Positions 52,106 through 63,847 of a stretch of DNA of 64,000 bases are shown piece after piece. The stretch covers positions 3,412,001-3,476,000 of the forward strand of contig CM075999.1 of NCBI GenBank assembly GCA_038087875.1, written 5' to 3'. The stretch comes from Malacoraja senta. Taxonomy: Eukaryota. The notes beneath the pieces are model-generated. The model was given only the letters and a program-made list of their open reading frames with translations. It searched no databases and was not told the origin of the DNA. Each line of letters opens with the position of its first letter. The stretch's first letter is position 1. The position numbers were made by a program, and so were the translations under genes.

Positions 52106-52251
52106 CGTTTTGGGTCTGGACCAGTTTCTCTCCGGTTTCCTCTCACATCCCAAAGACGCACGGGTTTGTAGGCTAATCGGCCCTCTGTAAATCGCCCTCA
52201 TTATGTCGGGAGTGGATGAGAAAGTGGGATAACACAGAACTAGGGAGACCC

Positions 52252-52515
52252 AAAACGTCGCCTATCCATGTCCTCCACAGATGCTGCCTGACCCGCTGAG
52301 TTACTCCAGCACTCTGTGAAACGTCACCTATCCATGTTCTCCACAGATGCTGCCTGACCCGCCTGAGTTACTCCAGCACTCTGTCAAACGTCGCCTATCC
52401 ATGTTCTCCACAGATGCTGCCTGACCTACTGAGTTACTCCAGCACTCTGTGAAACGTCACCTATCCATGTTCTCCACAGATGCTGCCTGACCCACTGAGT
52501 TACTCCAGCACTCTG
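52252..52515 (+). repeat. 4 x 66-bp tandem repeat of pLTR sequence
   Basis: Unit GAAACGTCACCTATCCATGTTCTCCACAGATGCTGCCTGACCCGCTGAGTTACTCCAGCACTCTGT starts at 52252, 52318, 52385 and 52451. Confidence 0.92.
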
Positions 52516-54231
52516 AGCCTTTCTAACTCTGACAGAAACTAGGCAATTATAAACAGAGAGAGTTTGCAAGTCGCCCCCAAAAATATCCATTATATTTTTG
52601 GTTTTGCTTTGTAGTCTGCATACTTTCTAACGCTGTCGCCATTTGCTGCGTGTAAGATATGGGAATACCACCTTGTCCATATACTCTTGTATCTCAGTGA
52701 TGATGACGTGCTTTATATTGGCAGCAGTTGGACAGGAAAGTCTGGTTCAAACCAACATGAGAATTTAATGAACCTGTATCACTGGAGAATAGTCCTGTGT
52801 GTGACAGCAACATTCTCACTGCTTGCAACACCTTCTGCTTAAAACTCAGAGGATGGAGCGGCTGTTAACATTTTCTACCAGGCGCAGTATTTACATCTGA
52901 TCAGGAGCCTGCTGTCAGAGGAATCTTTCAGCTCCCACGCATCAGATCACGACAACGCAGGAACCTAATCATTCCAGTGGAGATCTCCAGGCCAGCTCAA
53001 CTTACATTTCAAAACGTGTAGGAAATGTCCACATATACAACCTGCACCCTCCACACACGCTGGTTTAAACCGAAGACAGACACAAATAATGTGTATGAAG
53101 GTAAAACCGATGCTGGCTAAAACACGAGACACACACAAAAAGCTGGACTATCTCCTGCCTGACCTGCTGAGTCACTCCAGCTTTTCGTGTCTATTGACAC
53201 AAATTATTGTGTCTATCTTACATTTCAAATTGTTCCATTTGGAATAAATGTCAGTTTTAGACAATAGACAATAGACAATAGGTGCAGGAGCAGGCCATTC
53301 GGCCCTTCGAGCCAGCACCGCCATTCAATGTGATCATGGCTGATCATCCCCAATCAGTACCCCGTTCCTGCCTTCTCCCCATATCCCCTGACTCCGCTAT
53401 TTTTAAGAGCCCTATCTAGCTCTCTCTTGAAAGCATCCAGAGAACCTGCCTCCACCGCCCTCTGAGGCAGAGAATTCCACAGACTCACCACTCTCTGTGA
53501 GAAAAAGTGTCTCCTCGTCTCCGATCTGGGTTTAGATTAGAGAAACAGCACGGAAACAGGCCCTTCTGCCCAACTGACTCCGCACCAACCAGCGATCATC
53601 CGTTCACACCAGTTCTCCGTTATCCCATTTTCTCCACACACTAGGGGCAGTTTACAGAAGCCATTTTAGTTCAGTTTATTGCCCCGTGTACTGAGGTACC
53701 GTGAAAAGCTTTTGTTGCGTGCTAATCAGCAGAAAGACAATACATGATTACAATCAAGCTATTTACAGTGTTTGGATACATGATAAGGGAAACCGCACGT
53801 CTTTGGAGAGTGGGAGGAAACTGGATCACCCGGAGTAAACCCACACTGTTACAGGGAGAACGTGCAAACTCCATACAGACAGCACCCAAGATAATCCCGG
53901 GTCTCTGGCGTGGTGAGGAAGCAGCTCTACCCGCTGCGCCACTTAAGTCTGCAGTTCTTCTCAGCTCAATATCCACTACAAAATGTCATAGAGACATAGC
54001 ACAGGAACAGGCCCTTCAGCCCAATTTGCACATGCTGCCTGAACTGCCATACTGGGCTAGTTCCATTTGCCTCTATTTGGCCCACAGCCCTCTAAATCTT
54101 GGACTATCTTTGATCGGACGTTACTGGGCTTCATCTAGACATTATTCACGTTATTCCCTTTATCCTGTATCTGTACACTGTCAATGGCTCGATTGTAATC
54201 ATGTATTTTCTTTCTGCTGACTGGTTGGCGG

Positions 54232-54550
54232 GCAGCACGGTGGCGCAGCGGTAGAGTTGCTGCCTCACAGCGCCAGAGACCCGGGTTCAATCCTGACTAC
54301 GGGTGCTGTCTGTACGGAGTTTGTACCTTCTCCCCGTGACCTGCGTGGGTTTTCTCCGGGATCTTCGGCTTCTTCCCACAATCCAAAGACGTACAGGTTT
54401 GTAGATTAATTGGCATGGTAAAATTGTATAAATGTAAAATTGTCCCTAGTGTGTGTAGGGTAGTGTTAATGTGTGGGGAACACTGGTTGGCATGGACTCG
54501 GTGGGCCGAAGGGGCCTGTTTCTGCACTGTATCTCTAAACTAAACTAAAA
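54232..54550 (+). mobile_element. tRNA-derived V-SINE (HE1-like), near full length
   Basis: A box GGTGGCGCAGCGG, B box GGGTTCAATCC, V-domain GGAGTTTGTAC..TTCTCCCCGTGACCTGCGTGGGTTTTCTCCGG, LINE-derived tail TGGGCCGAAGGG(G)CCTGTTTC and (CTAAA)n. Confidence 0.85.
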
Positions 54551-54671
54551 CAAGCTTTCCACTGTACCTCGGTACATGTGACAATAAATAATCTCAAACC
54601 AAACCATCCCCTATTCATTAACCTGTCCTAATGCAAGTTGTACTTTTAACCACCTCTATAGATCTATAGCC

Positions 54672-55197
54672 TTTCCAGGTGAGGCAGAGGTTCACTTGCA
54701 CCTCCTCCAACCTCATCTATTGCATCCGCTGTTCCAGGTGTCAACTCCTCTACATCGGCGAGACCAAGCGCAGGCTCGGCGATCGTTTCGCCCAACACCT
54801 CCACTCAGTCCGCCTTAACCTACCTGATCGCCCGGTGGCCCAGCACTTCAACTCCCCCTCCCATTCCCAATCTGACCTTTCTGTCCTGGGCCTACTCCAT
54901 TGTCAGAGTGAAAATTGGAGGAACAGCACCTCATATTCCGTTTGGGTAGTTTACACCCCAGCGGTATGAACATTGAGTTATCTAACTTCAGATAGTCCTT
55001 GATTTCTCTCTCTCTCCACCCCCTCCCCCTTCCCAGTTCTCCCACCAGTCTTACTGTCTCCGACTACATTCTATCTTTGTCCCGCCCCCTCCCCTGACAT
55101 CAGTCTGAAGAAGGGTCTCGACCCGAAACGTCACCCATTCCTTCTCTCCAGAGATGCTGCCTGACCCACTGAGTTACTCCAGCACTTTGTGTCTACT
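54672..55197 (+). mobile_element. Penelope-like element 3' fragment (GIY-YIG and pLTR)
   Basis: ORF 54679..54969 reads RFTCTSSNLIYCIRCSRCQLLYIGETKRRLGDRF. The pLTR has a hammerhead motif at 55105. Confidence 0.88.
55105..55132 (+). ncRNA. Minimal hammerhead ribozyme motif in a Penelope pLTR (GUC subfamily)
   Basis: CUGAAGA-A-[GGGU CUCG ACCC]-GAAA-C-GUC. Further copies at 8576-8603 (+), 19461-19488 (-), 5724-5751 (-, ends GUU) and 32799-32826 (+, ends GUU). Confidence 0.7.
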
Positions 55198-57426
55198 GAG
55201 TGTCTCTAGATATATGAACTACCCTCTGTGTGGAAAAGAATACCCCAATTCTAGTATGTTCTAGATCTAAAATAGGACATTCTAGATCTGGAACTTCTGA
55301 CAAGCTCGTTCCATATATACACCTCCCTCTGTATGAAATAGTTGTCCCTCAGTTTCATCTGATATCTTGCCCCCTCATCTTAAACCTACGAAATGGTCTT
55401 GTAAATGGTTGCCAATCATTATTTTAAATAACAATGCTGGCATCGCCAGTGAGCTGAGAGATGCAGCGGGTAGAGCTGCTGCCTCACCGCACTCGAGACC
55501 TGGGTTCGATTCCGACCTCAGGTGCTGTCCGTGTGGAGTTTGCACGTTCTTCCTGTGACTGCATGGGTTTCCTCCGGGTGCTCCGGTTTCCTTCCACATG
55601 CCAAAGACATGCGGGTTTACAGATTAATTGGCCCTCTGTAAATTGCAGCAAGTGTGTGCATATGTGGCATAAAAACGTAGAACTAGTGTGAACGGGTGAT
55701 TGATGGTCAGCACCGACTCGGTGGGCCGAAGGGCCTGTTTCCGTGCTGAATCTCTAAACTGCAAAAGGGTGTCGGATAAGGAGAGAAGAGGAGATGTGAA
55801 ATGTAGAGCAGAGATATAGGTGGCACTTGATCTCGTTCCTTGTCAGAGCGCTATGCCACAGGATAATTTAGACAATAGACAATAGGTGCAGGAGTAGGCC
55901 ATTCAGCCCTTCGAGCCAGCACCGCCATTCAATGTGATCATGGCTGATCATCCCCAATCAGTACCCCGTTCCTGCCTTCTCCCCATATCCCCTGACTCCG
56001 CTATCTTTAAGAGCCCTATCTAACTCTCTCTTGAAAGCATCCAGAGAACGGGCCTCCACCGCCCTCTGAGGCAGAGAATTCCAGACTCACAACTCTCTGT
56101 GTGAAGAAGTGTTTCCTCATCTTACCCCTTATTCTTAAACTGTGGCCCCTGGTTCTGGACTCCCCCAACATCGGGAACATGTTTCCTGCCTCTAGCGTGT
56201 CCAAACCCTTAATAATCTTATATGTTTAAAATGTCGTGCAACTTAGAGATCAGGTAGTCAAGGTGATATGGGGAATCTTTGCTTAAAAGGAAGGGGAGAG
56301 AGACAGTAAGCCTTTGGGGAATTAGTCTCTCCTCCTCTTTTATCTTCCCGGATCTGTAAGCACGAAATAAGCTAGACAACTTCAACACCAGCAAGTCATT
56401 CAAAGCAATAATCTGAACCATCCCGCAGTGCTCAGCGTGGGCCAGATGTGCCTGGGCAGAATCCTAATGCAATCTCTTAAAGCAGCTACGCTCTCTCCTC
56501 GTATGCCATCGCTGCCAAAACGCATCAACACCTCTGACTTGGGGGGCACGGTATGGTGGAGACGCCTCTCAAAATAAGGGAAGGTATCCCACGCCAGGGG
56601 CCACATGAGTGGCACGGGTGGGGGACAGATTTGTGAAATTTGAGAAAAATGTATATAGACTGCATTGAACAATTTGTATAGCCTCCGAAAATGTCGGATG
56701 AATTTTTCGCACGGTACATGTATTGTATATATTTATTACCTGAATAAAGTCTATTTTGAAATAAATTAAAAAAAACTCTGACTCCTTGAAGATTGAAGAG
56801 ATTAGTTCACTTCAGTTCAGTTTAGTTTATTATCACTTGTGTGCTGAGGTACCGTGAAAAGCTTTTTGGTGAGTGAGTGCTAACCGGTCAGTAGAAAGAC
56901 AATACATGATTACACACCCTTTCACACACAGGGTGGTGGGTGTATGGAACGAGCTGCCAGAGGAGGTAGTTGAGGCTGGGACTATCCCAACGTTTAAGAA
57001 ACAGTTACACAGGTCCATGGATATGGCAGGTTTGGAGGGATATGGGCCAAACGCAGGCAGGTGGGACTAGTGTGGGCAAGTTGGGCCGAAGGGCCTGTTT
57101 CCACATGAGATAGAAGCCTCCTCGTGGCGATCCCCAGAAACGACGACACGATGCATTAAAGAAGGAACTGCAGATGCTCGAAAATCGAAGGTAGACAAAA
57201 ATGCTGGAGAAACTCAGCGGGTGCAGCAGCATCTATGGAGTGAAGGAAACAGGCAACGTTTTGGGCCGAAACCCTTCTTCAGACTGATAGGGAGTGGGGA
57301 GAAGAAAGGAAAAAAGGCAGAGGAGGAGCCAACATGTTGTCTGTTACCCGACCAGTTCTATCAACATGTTGGACGACGCCAGAAGCCAACAGCGAGCTAC
57401 ACGTCGACTGACACACGAGCAAACAA

Positions 57427-57740
57427 ACTTAGACTTAGACTTAGTTCCTCCCACACTGTTGAGTGCATGGGGCAGCAAGCTTTCGCCATTCTGTTCAGTT
57501 ACGTGCGACGTTTTCCACCCTCGAGCGGTTTCCCGGAGGTTTTGGCCCGAGCCCGTCATACTCGCAGGGGGCAGACTCCATCTCATGCCGGTTTCCAGTA
57601 TAGTTTATGCCCGCTGTTTGCCGTAGCGGGTTTGGGGTTTACGGGGTAGGGGCGGGTGCTAGCTCTATGCCCGACCATTCTCCTTTGTCCAGGCTTGGGA
57701 CCCACACTGGCTCGGGGTGTCCATACCCAGAGGCAGAGTT
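57427..57740 (-). mobile_element. Short non-autonomous RTE-derived element (5' UTR fused to ORF C-terminus/3' tail)
   Basis: The minus strand starts with a twister-like motif and GGGCATAGAGCTAGCACCCGCCCCTACCCCGTAAA. It ends with the RTE-like C-terminal remnant VENVARN*TEWRKLAAPCTQQCGRN* and a (CTAAGT)3 tail. No TSD found. Confidence 0.65.
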
Positions 57741-57741
57741 G
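57669..57741 (-). ncRNA. Degenerate twister-ribozyme-like motif
   Basis: C^AA-CUCU-GCC-[UCUGGGU AUGGAC ACCCCGA]-G-CCAG-UGUGGG-UCCCAAGC-CUGG-ACAAA-GGAG-AAUGG-UCGGGC. P2 CUCU/GGAG, a P3 hairpin, P4 CCAG/CUGG and the UCCCAAGC loop are present. The consensus GAGGG segment is altered to AAUGG. Confidence 0.55.
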
Positions 57742-60700
57742 ACCTTGTATTACTAATTATTAATTCATGGCATTATTGGTTATTATATATTTATTCGTGC
57801 TTTGGGATAATCAGGTGGTCCAAGTCGCCATGTAATTGGAAATTATTACATAGTTATGACAACAAGCTATGTAAATAGTCTCTGGTGTTTCAGATACAAC
57901 TAGTATACGAGGTGATCCCTGGTCGGCACAGACTCGGTGGGCTAAAATATAGTCTCGTTTAGAGATGCAGTGCGGAAACAGGCCCTTCAGCCCACACCGA
58001 CCAGCGATCCCCGCACACTAACACTATCCTACACACACTAAGGACAATTTTTACATTTATACCAAGGCAATTAACCTACAAACCCGCACGTCTTTGGAGT
58101 GTGGGAGGAAACCGAAGATCTCGGCGAAAACCCACACAGGTCACGGGGAGAAGGTACAAACTCCGTACAGACAGCACCCGTAGTCGGGATCGAACCCGGG
58201 TCTCTGGCGCTGTGAGGCAGCAACTCTACCCGCTGCGCCATCATGCCGTCCACAGGGTCTGTATTTCTAAAACTAAAACAAAACTAAACTAAACCAGTGG
58301 TGTTACGGAGGTTTGTGCAAGAGAGGGGGAAGCGAGCTCTGAGTCGCAGTGGCAGTAGATTAATTCTCATCCCCTCTCCCGTCCTGACCTCCCACACTTC
58401 CCACCTCCACAGTTCCAACAAAGTGCATCGTAAACTAACAGAACTACACATCAGCACGCAGACAGTGGTGAATCTGTGGAACTCATTGCCACAGAAGGCT
58501 GTGGAGGCCAAGTCAGTGGATATCTTGCCTCAGAGGGCGGTGGAGGCGGGTTCTCTGGATGCTTTCAAGAGAGAGATAGATAGGGCTCTTAAAGATAGCG
58601 GAGTCAGGGGATATGGGGAGAAGGCAGGAACGGGGTACTGATTGGGGACGATCAGCCATGGTCACATTGAATGGCGGTGCTGGCTCGAAGGGCCGAATGG
58701 CCTACTCCTGCACCTATTGTCTATTGTCTATTATCTTTAAGGCAGAGATAGATTGATTCTTGATTAGTACGGGTGTCAGAATGGGGTTAGGAGGGAGAGA
58801 TAGATCAGCCATGATTGAATGGCGGAGTAGACTTGATGGGCCGAATAGCCTAATTCTACTCCTATCACTTATGACCTTATGACCATATTGACGTGATGTG
58901 TCACAGGTGCTCAGGAAGAAGGGTCCCGACATGAAACGTCACCCATGCATGTTCCATGTTGTCCCAACTTTTGTACTCAGTACCCTCCCTTCCCAACGAA
59001 GGCAAGCGTGCCAAACGCCTTCCTTTTCACACCTTACCCTTCCATATCTCTATATCCCCCTCTCCCCTGCATCTCAGTCTGAAGAAGGGTCTCGACCCGA
59101 AGCGTCACCCATTCCTTCTCTCCAGAGATGCTGCCTGACCCGCTGAGTTACTCCAGCATTTTGTGTCTATCTTCGGTGTAAACCAGCACCTGCAGTTCCT
59201 TCCTACACATTCCCCATTTATAATGTCCAGCTTACACTAGTAGTGAATAACCTGGAACATTGAATTCTCCCAATTCTGCTAGCCCTTGCTGTCCCCTCCC
59301 CTTCATCAGCCCTCTGGTTGTCTCCTCCCCTCCCCCAGCCCTCGGGCTCCTCCTCCGCCTTTTTCCTTTTTTCCGTTCTTCTCCCCACCCCCTATCAGTC
59401 TGAAGAAGGGTTTCGGCCCGAAACGTTGCCTATTTCCTTCGCTCCATAGATGCTGCTGCACCCGCTGAGTTTCTCCAGCATTTTTGTGTACCAGTGAATA
59501 ACCTGGGTGGTTTACCTGAATTAGATTGGGAAAACATTTGCCCTTTGCCTTCATTTCACTGATATTTCCTACTGGATATTCCTATAATTATATCTTTGGT
59601 TAATTCTCCCGTTTAAGATTTTCACGTCTTTTGCCTTTTTTTGAACATTTATTTCTGCGACACCAGTCTTTGAATGATGTTTTAGTTAATTTCCTGTGAC
59701 TCTGGATTTTGATTTGCGGTCTCGGGTTCTCGATAGTCTGTGTGACATTCCCTGTGTGTTCGCTGATGTCAAGTGAGGTTTTTTAATGGGATTTTGTCTG
59801 GTGGTGATCAGCGGGTCCTTATTCCATCTGCAGCCGATCCACAGGCATCTGCAAGAAGTTAAACCTTCCCTCTTGTCAAAGGTTCCCTATGCCTGCTGCT
59901 GACCTGCACATGCTCACATTTAAAATCTCTCAAATGCATCTTAAGGTCTGAAAAATTATTTACCGCCGTTCTGTGTCGGACTCGGTCTCAAATAGACTCA
60001 CGGGCGCGGGGTCCAAATCTCCAAACTAATACTCCGACCTGAATTTCAATTCAGCAAGTATATTTTATGTCTAAGAGGAAACTGCATATGTTAGTTTACA
60101 CAGAGGGTGGTGGGTGTATGGAACGAGCTGCCAGAGGAGGTAGTTGAGGCTGGGACTATCCCAACATTTAAGAAGCAGTTAGATGTGCTGGAGGAACTCA
60201 GCGGGTCATAGAAACATAGAAAATAGGTGCAGGAGGAGGCCATTCGGCCCTTCGAGCCCAGCACCGCCATTCATGGCTGATCGTCCCCAATCAATAACCC
60301 GTGCCTGCCTTCTCCCCATATCCCTTGATTCCACTAGCCCCCTAGAGCTCTATCCAACTCTGTCTTAAATCCATCCAGTGACTTGGCCTCCACTGCCCTC
60401 TGTGGCAGGGAATTCCACAAATTCACAACTCTCTGGGTGAAATAGTTTTTTCTCACCTCAGTCTTAAATGGCTTCCCCTTTATTCTAAGAATAAAGGGTC
60501 GGGCAGCATCTGTGGAGGGAATGGACAGATGACGTTTCAAGTTGGGCACGGTGGCGCAGCGGTAGAGTTGCTGCCTCACAGCGCCAGAGACACGGGTTCG
60601 ATCCTGACTACGGGTGCTGTCTGTACGGAGTTTGTACGTTCTCCCCGTGACCTGCGTGGGTTTTCTTCGAGATCTTCTGTTTCCTCCGATTTGTAGGTTA

Positions 60701-60823
60701 ATTGGCTTGGTGTAAATGTACAATTGTGCCTATTGTGTGTAGGGTAGTGTTAATGTGCGGGGATCGCTGGAAGGTGTGGACTTGGTGGGCCGAAGGGCCT
60801 GTTTCCGTGCTGTCTCTCTAAAC

Positions 60824-61042
60824 CAGGGGTTCCCAACCTTTTTTGTCCCGTTTACCCCTGGCAACTTCAATAGCGCATAACAATGTTCTTTCACTTATTT
60901 GTGAACTAATGATGAACAGATACCAGAACACAGTCAGTCAATGAGAACAAATATGTACGAATCCAGAATCAACAAATTTACCCCCTAGGTCGGTGACATT
61001 TAACCCCCTGGGGGTATATTTACCCCAGGTTGGGAACCCTTG
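60824..61042. mobile_element. hAT (Charlie-like) MITE (219 bp) inserted in a SINE tail; truncated inverted relative at 35190-35358
   Basis: TIR CAGGGGTTCCCAACCT ... AGGTTGGGAACCCTTG with 8-bp TSD CTCTAAAC (60816-60823 / 61043-61050). Confidence 0.88.
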
Positions 61043-61754
61043 CTCTAAACTAAACTATTCTGAACCCTTCTTCAGATGTGGAGGTACAAAGTTAAGCGCT
61101 CGGCTGAGGGCTTGGATTGGAAAGGGGGCAGTCGGAAGGGGGGGGTGAGGGCGGTGGTGACAACATGACAAGGGTTATGGCTGGGGTCCGACGCTGGGAT
61201 TGAGGGGTGGGGAGGGTGTATGGGAGAGTGAGTAGTGTGTGGGTTGGTGTAGGAGTAAAGGCTAGCGGAGGTGATGAGGTCGGGGGGGGGGGGGGGTGCA
61301 GAGGAGATTCACCAGATCGTTGCCTGGATTTGAGGGCCTTCGCTACAGGGAGAGTTGGACAAACAGGGATTGTTTTCTCTAGAACGTTGGAGGCTGAGGG
61401 GAGATTTGATTGAAGTATATAAAATTATGAGCGGCATAGATAGGGAAGACATTCAGAACCTTTTTCCCAGGGTGGCGATGTTAAAAACTGATGTGATAAA
61501 ATAAAATTGACTTTGACTTTTGACTTTGGCTTTGAGGGCAGAGCTTAAAGGTGAGAGGGGCAACGTTTAAAGGAGATGTGCGGTGGGGCAAGTGTTTTAC
61601 ACAGAGGGTGGTGGGTGCCTGGAACGCGCTGCCGAAGGTGGTGGTGGAGGCAGATGAGATGTACAGCACAGATATTGTGGGCAGAATGGCCTGCACGTGT
61701 GCTGTACTGTGGAGCAACCAGTAGAGCACAGCGCCAGAGACCCGGGTTCGATCC

Positions 61755-63847
61755 CTTGCAGTCAGAAACAGGTGAGTTGATCATGGGGAACAAGGATATG
61801 GCGGACCAATTGAATAACTACTTTGGTTCCGTCTTCACTAAGGAAGACATAAATAATCTGCCGGAAATAGCAGGGGACCGCGGGTCAAAGGAGTTGCAGG
61901 AATTGAGTGAAATCCAGGTTAGTCGGGAAGTGGTGTTGGGTAAATTGAATGGATTCAAGGCCGATAAATCCCAGGGCCAGATAGGCTGCATCCCAGAGTA
62001 CTTAAGGAAGTAGCTCCAGAAATAGTGGATGCATTAGTAATAATCTTTCAAAACTCTTTAGATTCTGGAGTAGTTCCTGAGGATTGGTGGGTAGCAAACG
62101 TAACCCCACTTTTTAAGAAGGGAGGGAGAGAGAAAACGGGGATTTACAGACCAGTTAGTCTAACATCGGTAGTGGGGAAACTGCTAGAGTCAGTTATTAA
62201 AGATGGGATAGCAGCACATTTGGAAAGTGGTGAAATCATTGGACAAAGTCAGCATGGATTTACGAAAGGTAAATCATGTCTGACGAATCTTATAGAATTT
62301 TTCGAGGATGTAACTAGTAGAGTGGATAGGGAGAACCAGTGGATGTGGCGTATCTGGACTTCCAGAAGGCTTTCGACAAGGTCCCACATAAGAGATTAGT
62401 ATACAAACTTAAAGCACATGGCATTGGGGGTTCAGTATTGATGTGGATAGAGAACTGGCTGGCAAACAGGAAGCAAAGAGTAGGAGTAAACGGGTCCTTT
62501 TCACAATGGCAGGCAGTGACTAGTGGGGTACCGCAAGGCTCAGTGCCGGGACCCCAGCTATTTACAATATATATTAATGATCTGGATGAGGGAATTGAAG
62601 GCAATATCTCCAAGTTTGCGGATGACACTAAGCTGGGGGGCAGTGTTAGCTGTGAGGAGATACTTAAGGATAAGGGGGAAATCCTTTAAGACCGAGATGA
62701 GGAAAAACTTTTTCACACAGAGAGTGGTGAATCTCTGGAATTCTCTGCCACAGAAGGTAGTTGAGGCCAGTTCATTGGCTATATTTAAGAGGGAGTTAGA
62801 TGTGGCCCTTGTGGCTAAAGGGATCAGGGGGTATGGAGAGAAGGCAGGTACGGGATACTGAGTTGGATGATCAGCCATGATCATATTGAATGGCGGTGCA
62901 GGCTCGAAGGGCCGAATGGCCTATTCCTGCACCTATTTTCTATGTATCTATGTATCTAGGAGGATGCTAGGAGACTGCAAGGTGACTTGGATAGGCTGGG
63001 TGAGAGGGCAAATGTTTAGCAGATGCAGTATAATGTGGATAAATGTGAGATTAACCATTTTGGTGGCAAAAACAGGAAAGCAGACTATTATCTAAATGGT
63101 GGCCGATTAGGAAATGGGGAGATGCAGCGAGACCTGGGTGTCATGGTACACCAGTCATTGAAAGTAGGCATGCAGGTGCAGCAGGCAGTGAAGAAAGCGA
63201 ATGGTATGTTAGCTTTCATAGCAAAAGGATTTGAGTATAGGAGCAGGGAGGTTCTACTGCAGTTGTACAGGGTCTTGGTGAGACCACACCTGGAGTATTA
63301 CGTACAGTTTTGGTCTCCAAATCTGAGGAAGGACATTATTGCCATAGAGGGAGTGCAGAGAAGGTTCACCAGACGGATTCCTGGGATGTCAGGACTGTCT
63401 TATGAAGAATGACTGGATAGACTTGGTTTATACTCTCTAGAATTTAGGAGATTGAGAGGGGATCTTATAGAAACTTACAAGATTCTTATGGGGTTGGACA
63501 GGCTAGATGCAGGAAGATTGCTCCCGATGTTGGGGAAGTCCAGGACAAGGGGTCACAGCTTAAGGATAAGGGGGAAATCTTTTAAAACCGAGATGAGAAG
63601 AACTTTTTCCACACAGAGAGTGGTGAATCTCTGGAACTCTCTGCCACAGAGGGTAGTCGAGGCCAGTTCATTGGCTATATTTAAGAGGGAGTTAGATGTG
63701 GCCCTTGTGGCTAAAGGGATCAGAGGGTATGGAGAGAAGGCAGGTACGGGATACTGAGTTGGATGATCAGCCATGATCATATTGAATGGCGGTGCAGGCT
63801 CGAAGGGCCGAATGGCCTACTCCTGCACCTAATTTCTATGTTTCTAT
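61755..63847 (+). mobile_element. 5'-truncated CR1-clade LINE, same family as 32829-34567, with frameshifts and a nested insertion
   Basis: RT motifs in ORFs 61576..62013, 62025..62399, 62339..62689, 63023..63412 and 63452..63757. TSD GATCC (61750-61754 / 63848-63852) within a SINE B box. Confidence 0.93.
62660..62957 (+). mobile_element. CR1 3'-end fragment nested in the RT of the same CR1 family
   Basis: It interrupts ...SCEE|DAR..., has TSD AGGAG (62655-62659 / 62958-62962) and a (TCTATGTA)n tail. Confidence 0.85.

Noticed and set aside
49275..52515. Tandem 38-bp and 66-bp arrays as CRISPR-like arrays
   Set aside because: No unique spacers, eukaryotic context, and the units are Penelope pLTR sequence.
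54232..54310. tRNA genes at GGTGGCGCAGCGG...GGGTTCGATCC motifs (many copies)
   Set aside because: These are SINE heads that continue into the V-domain and LINE tail, with no complete cloverleaf or terminator.
59670..59770. Possible C/D box snoRNA (AATGATGT ... CTGA)
   Set aside because: Imperfect C box, no convincing terminal stem, no host intron identified.
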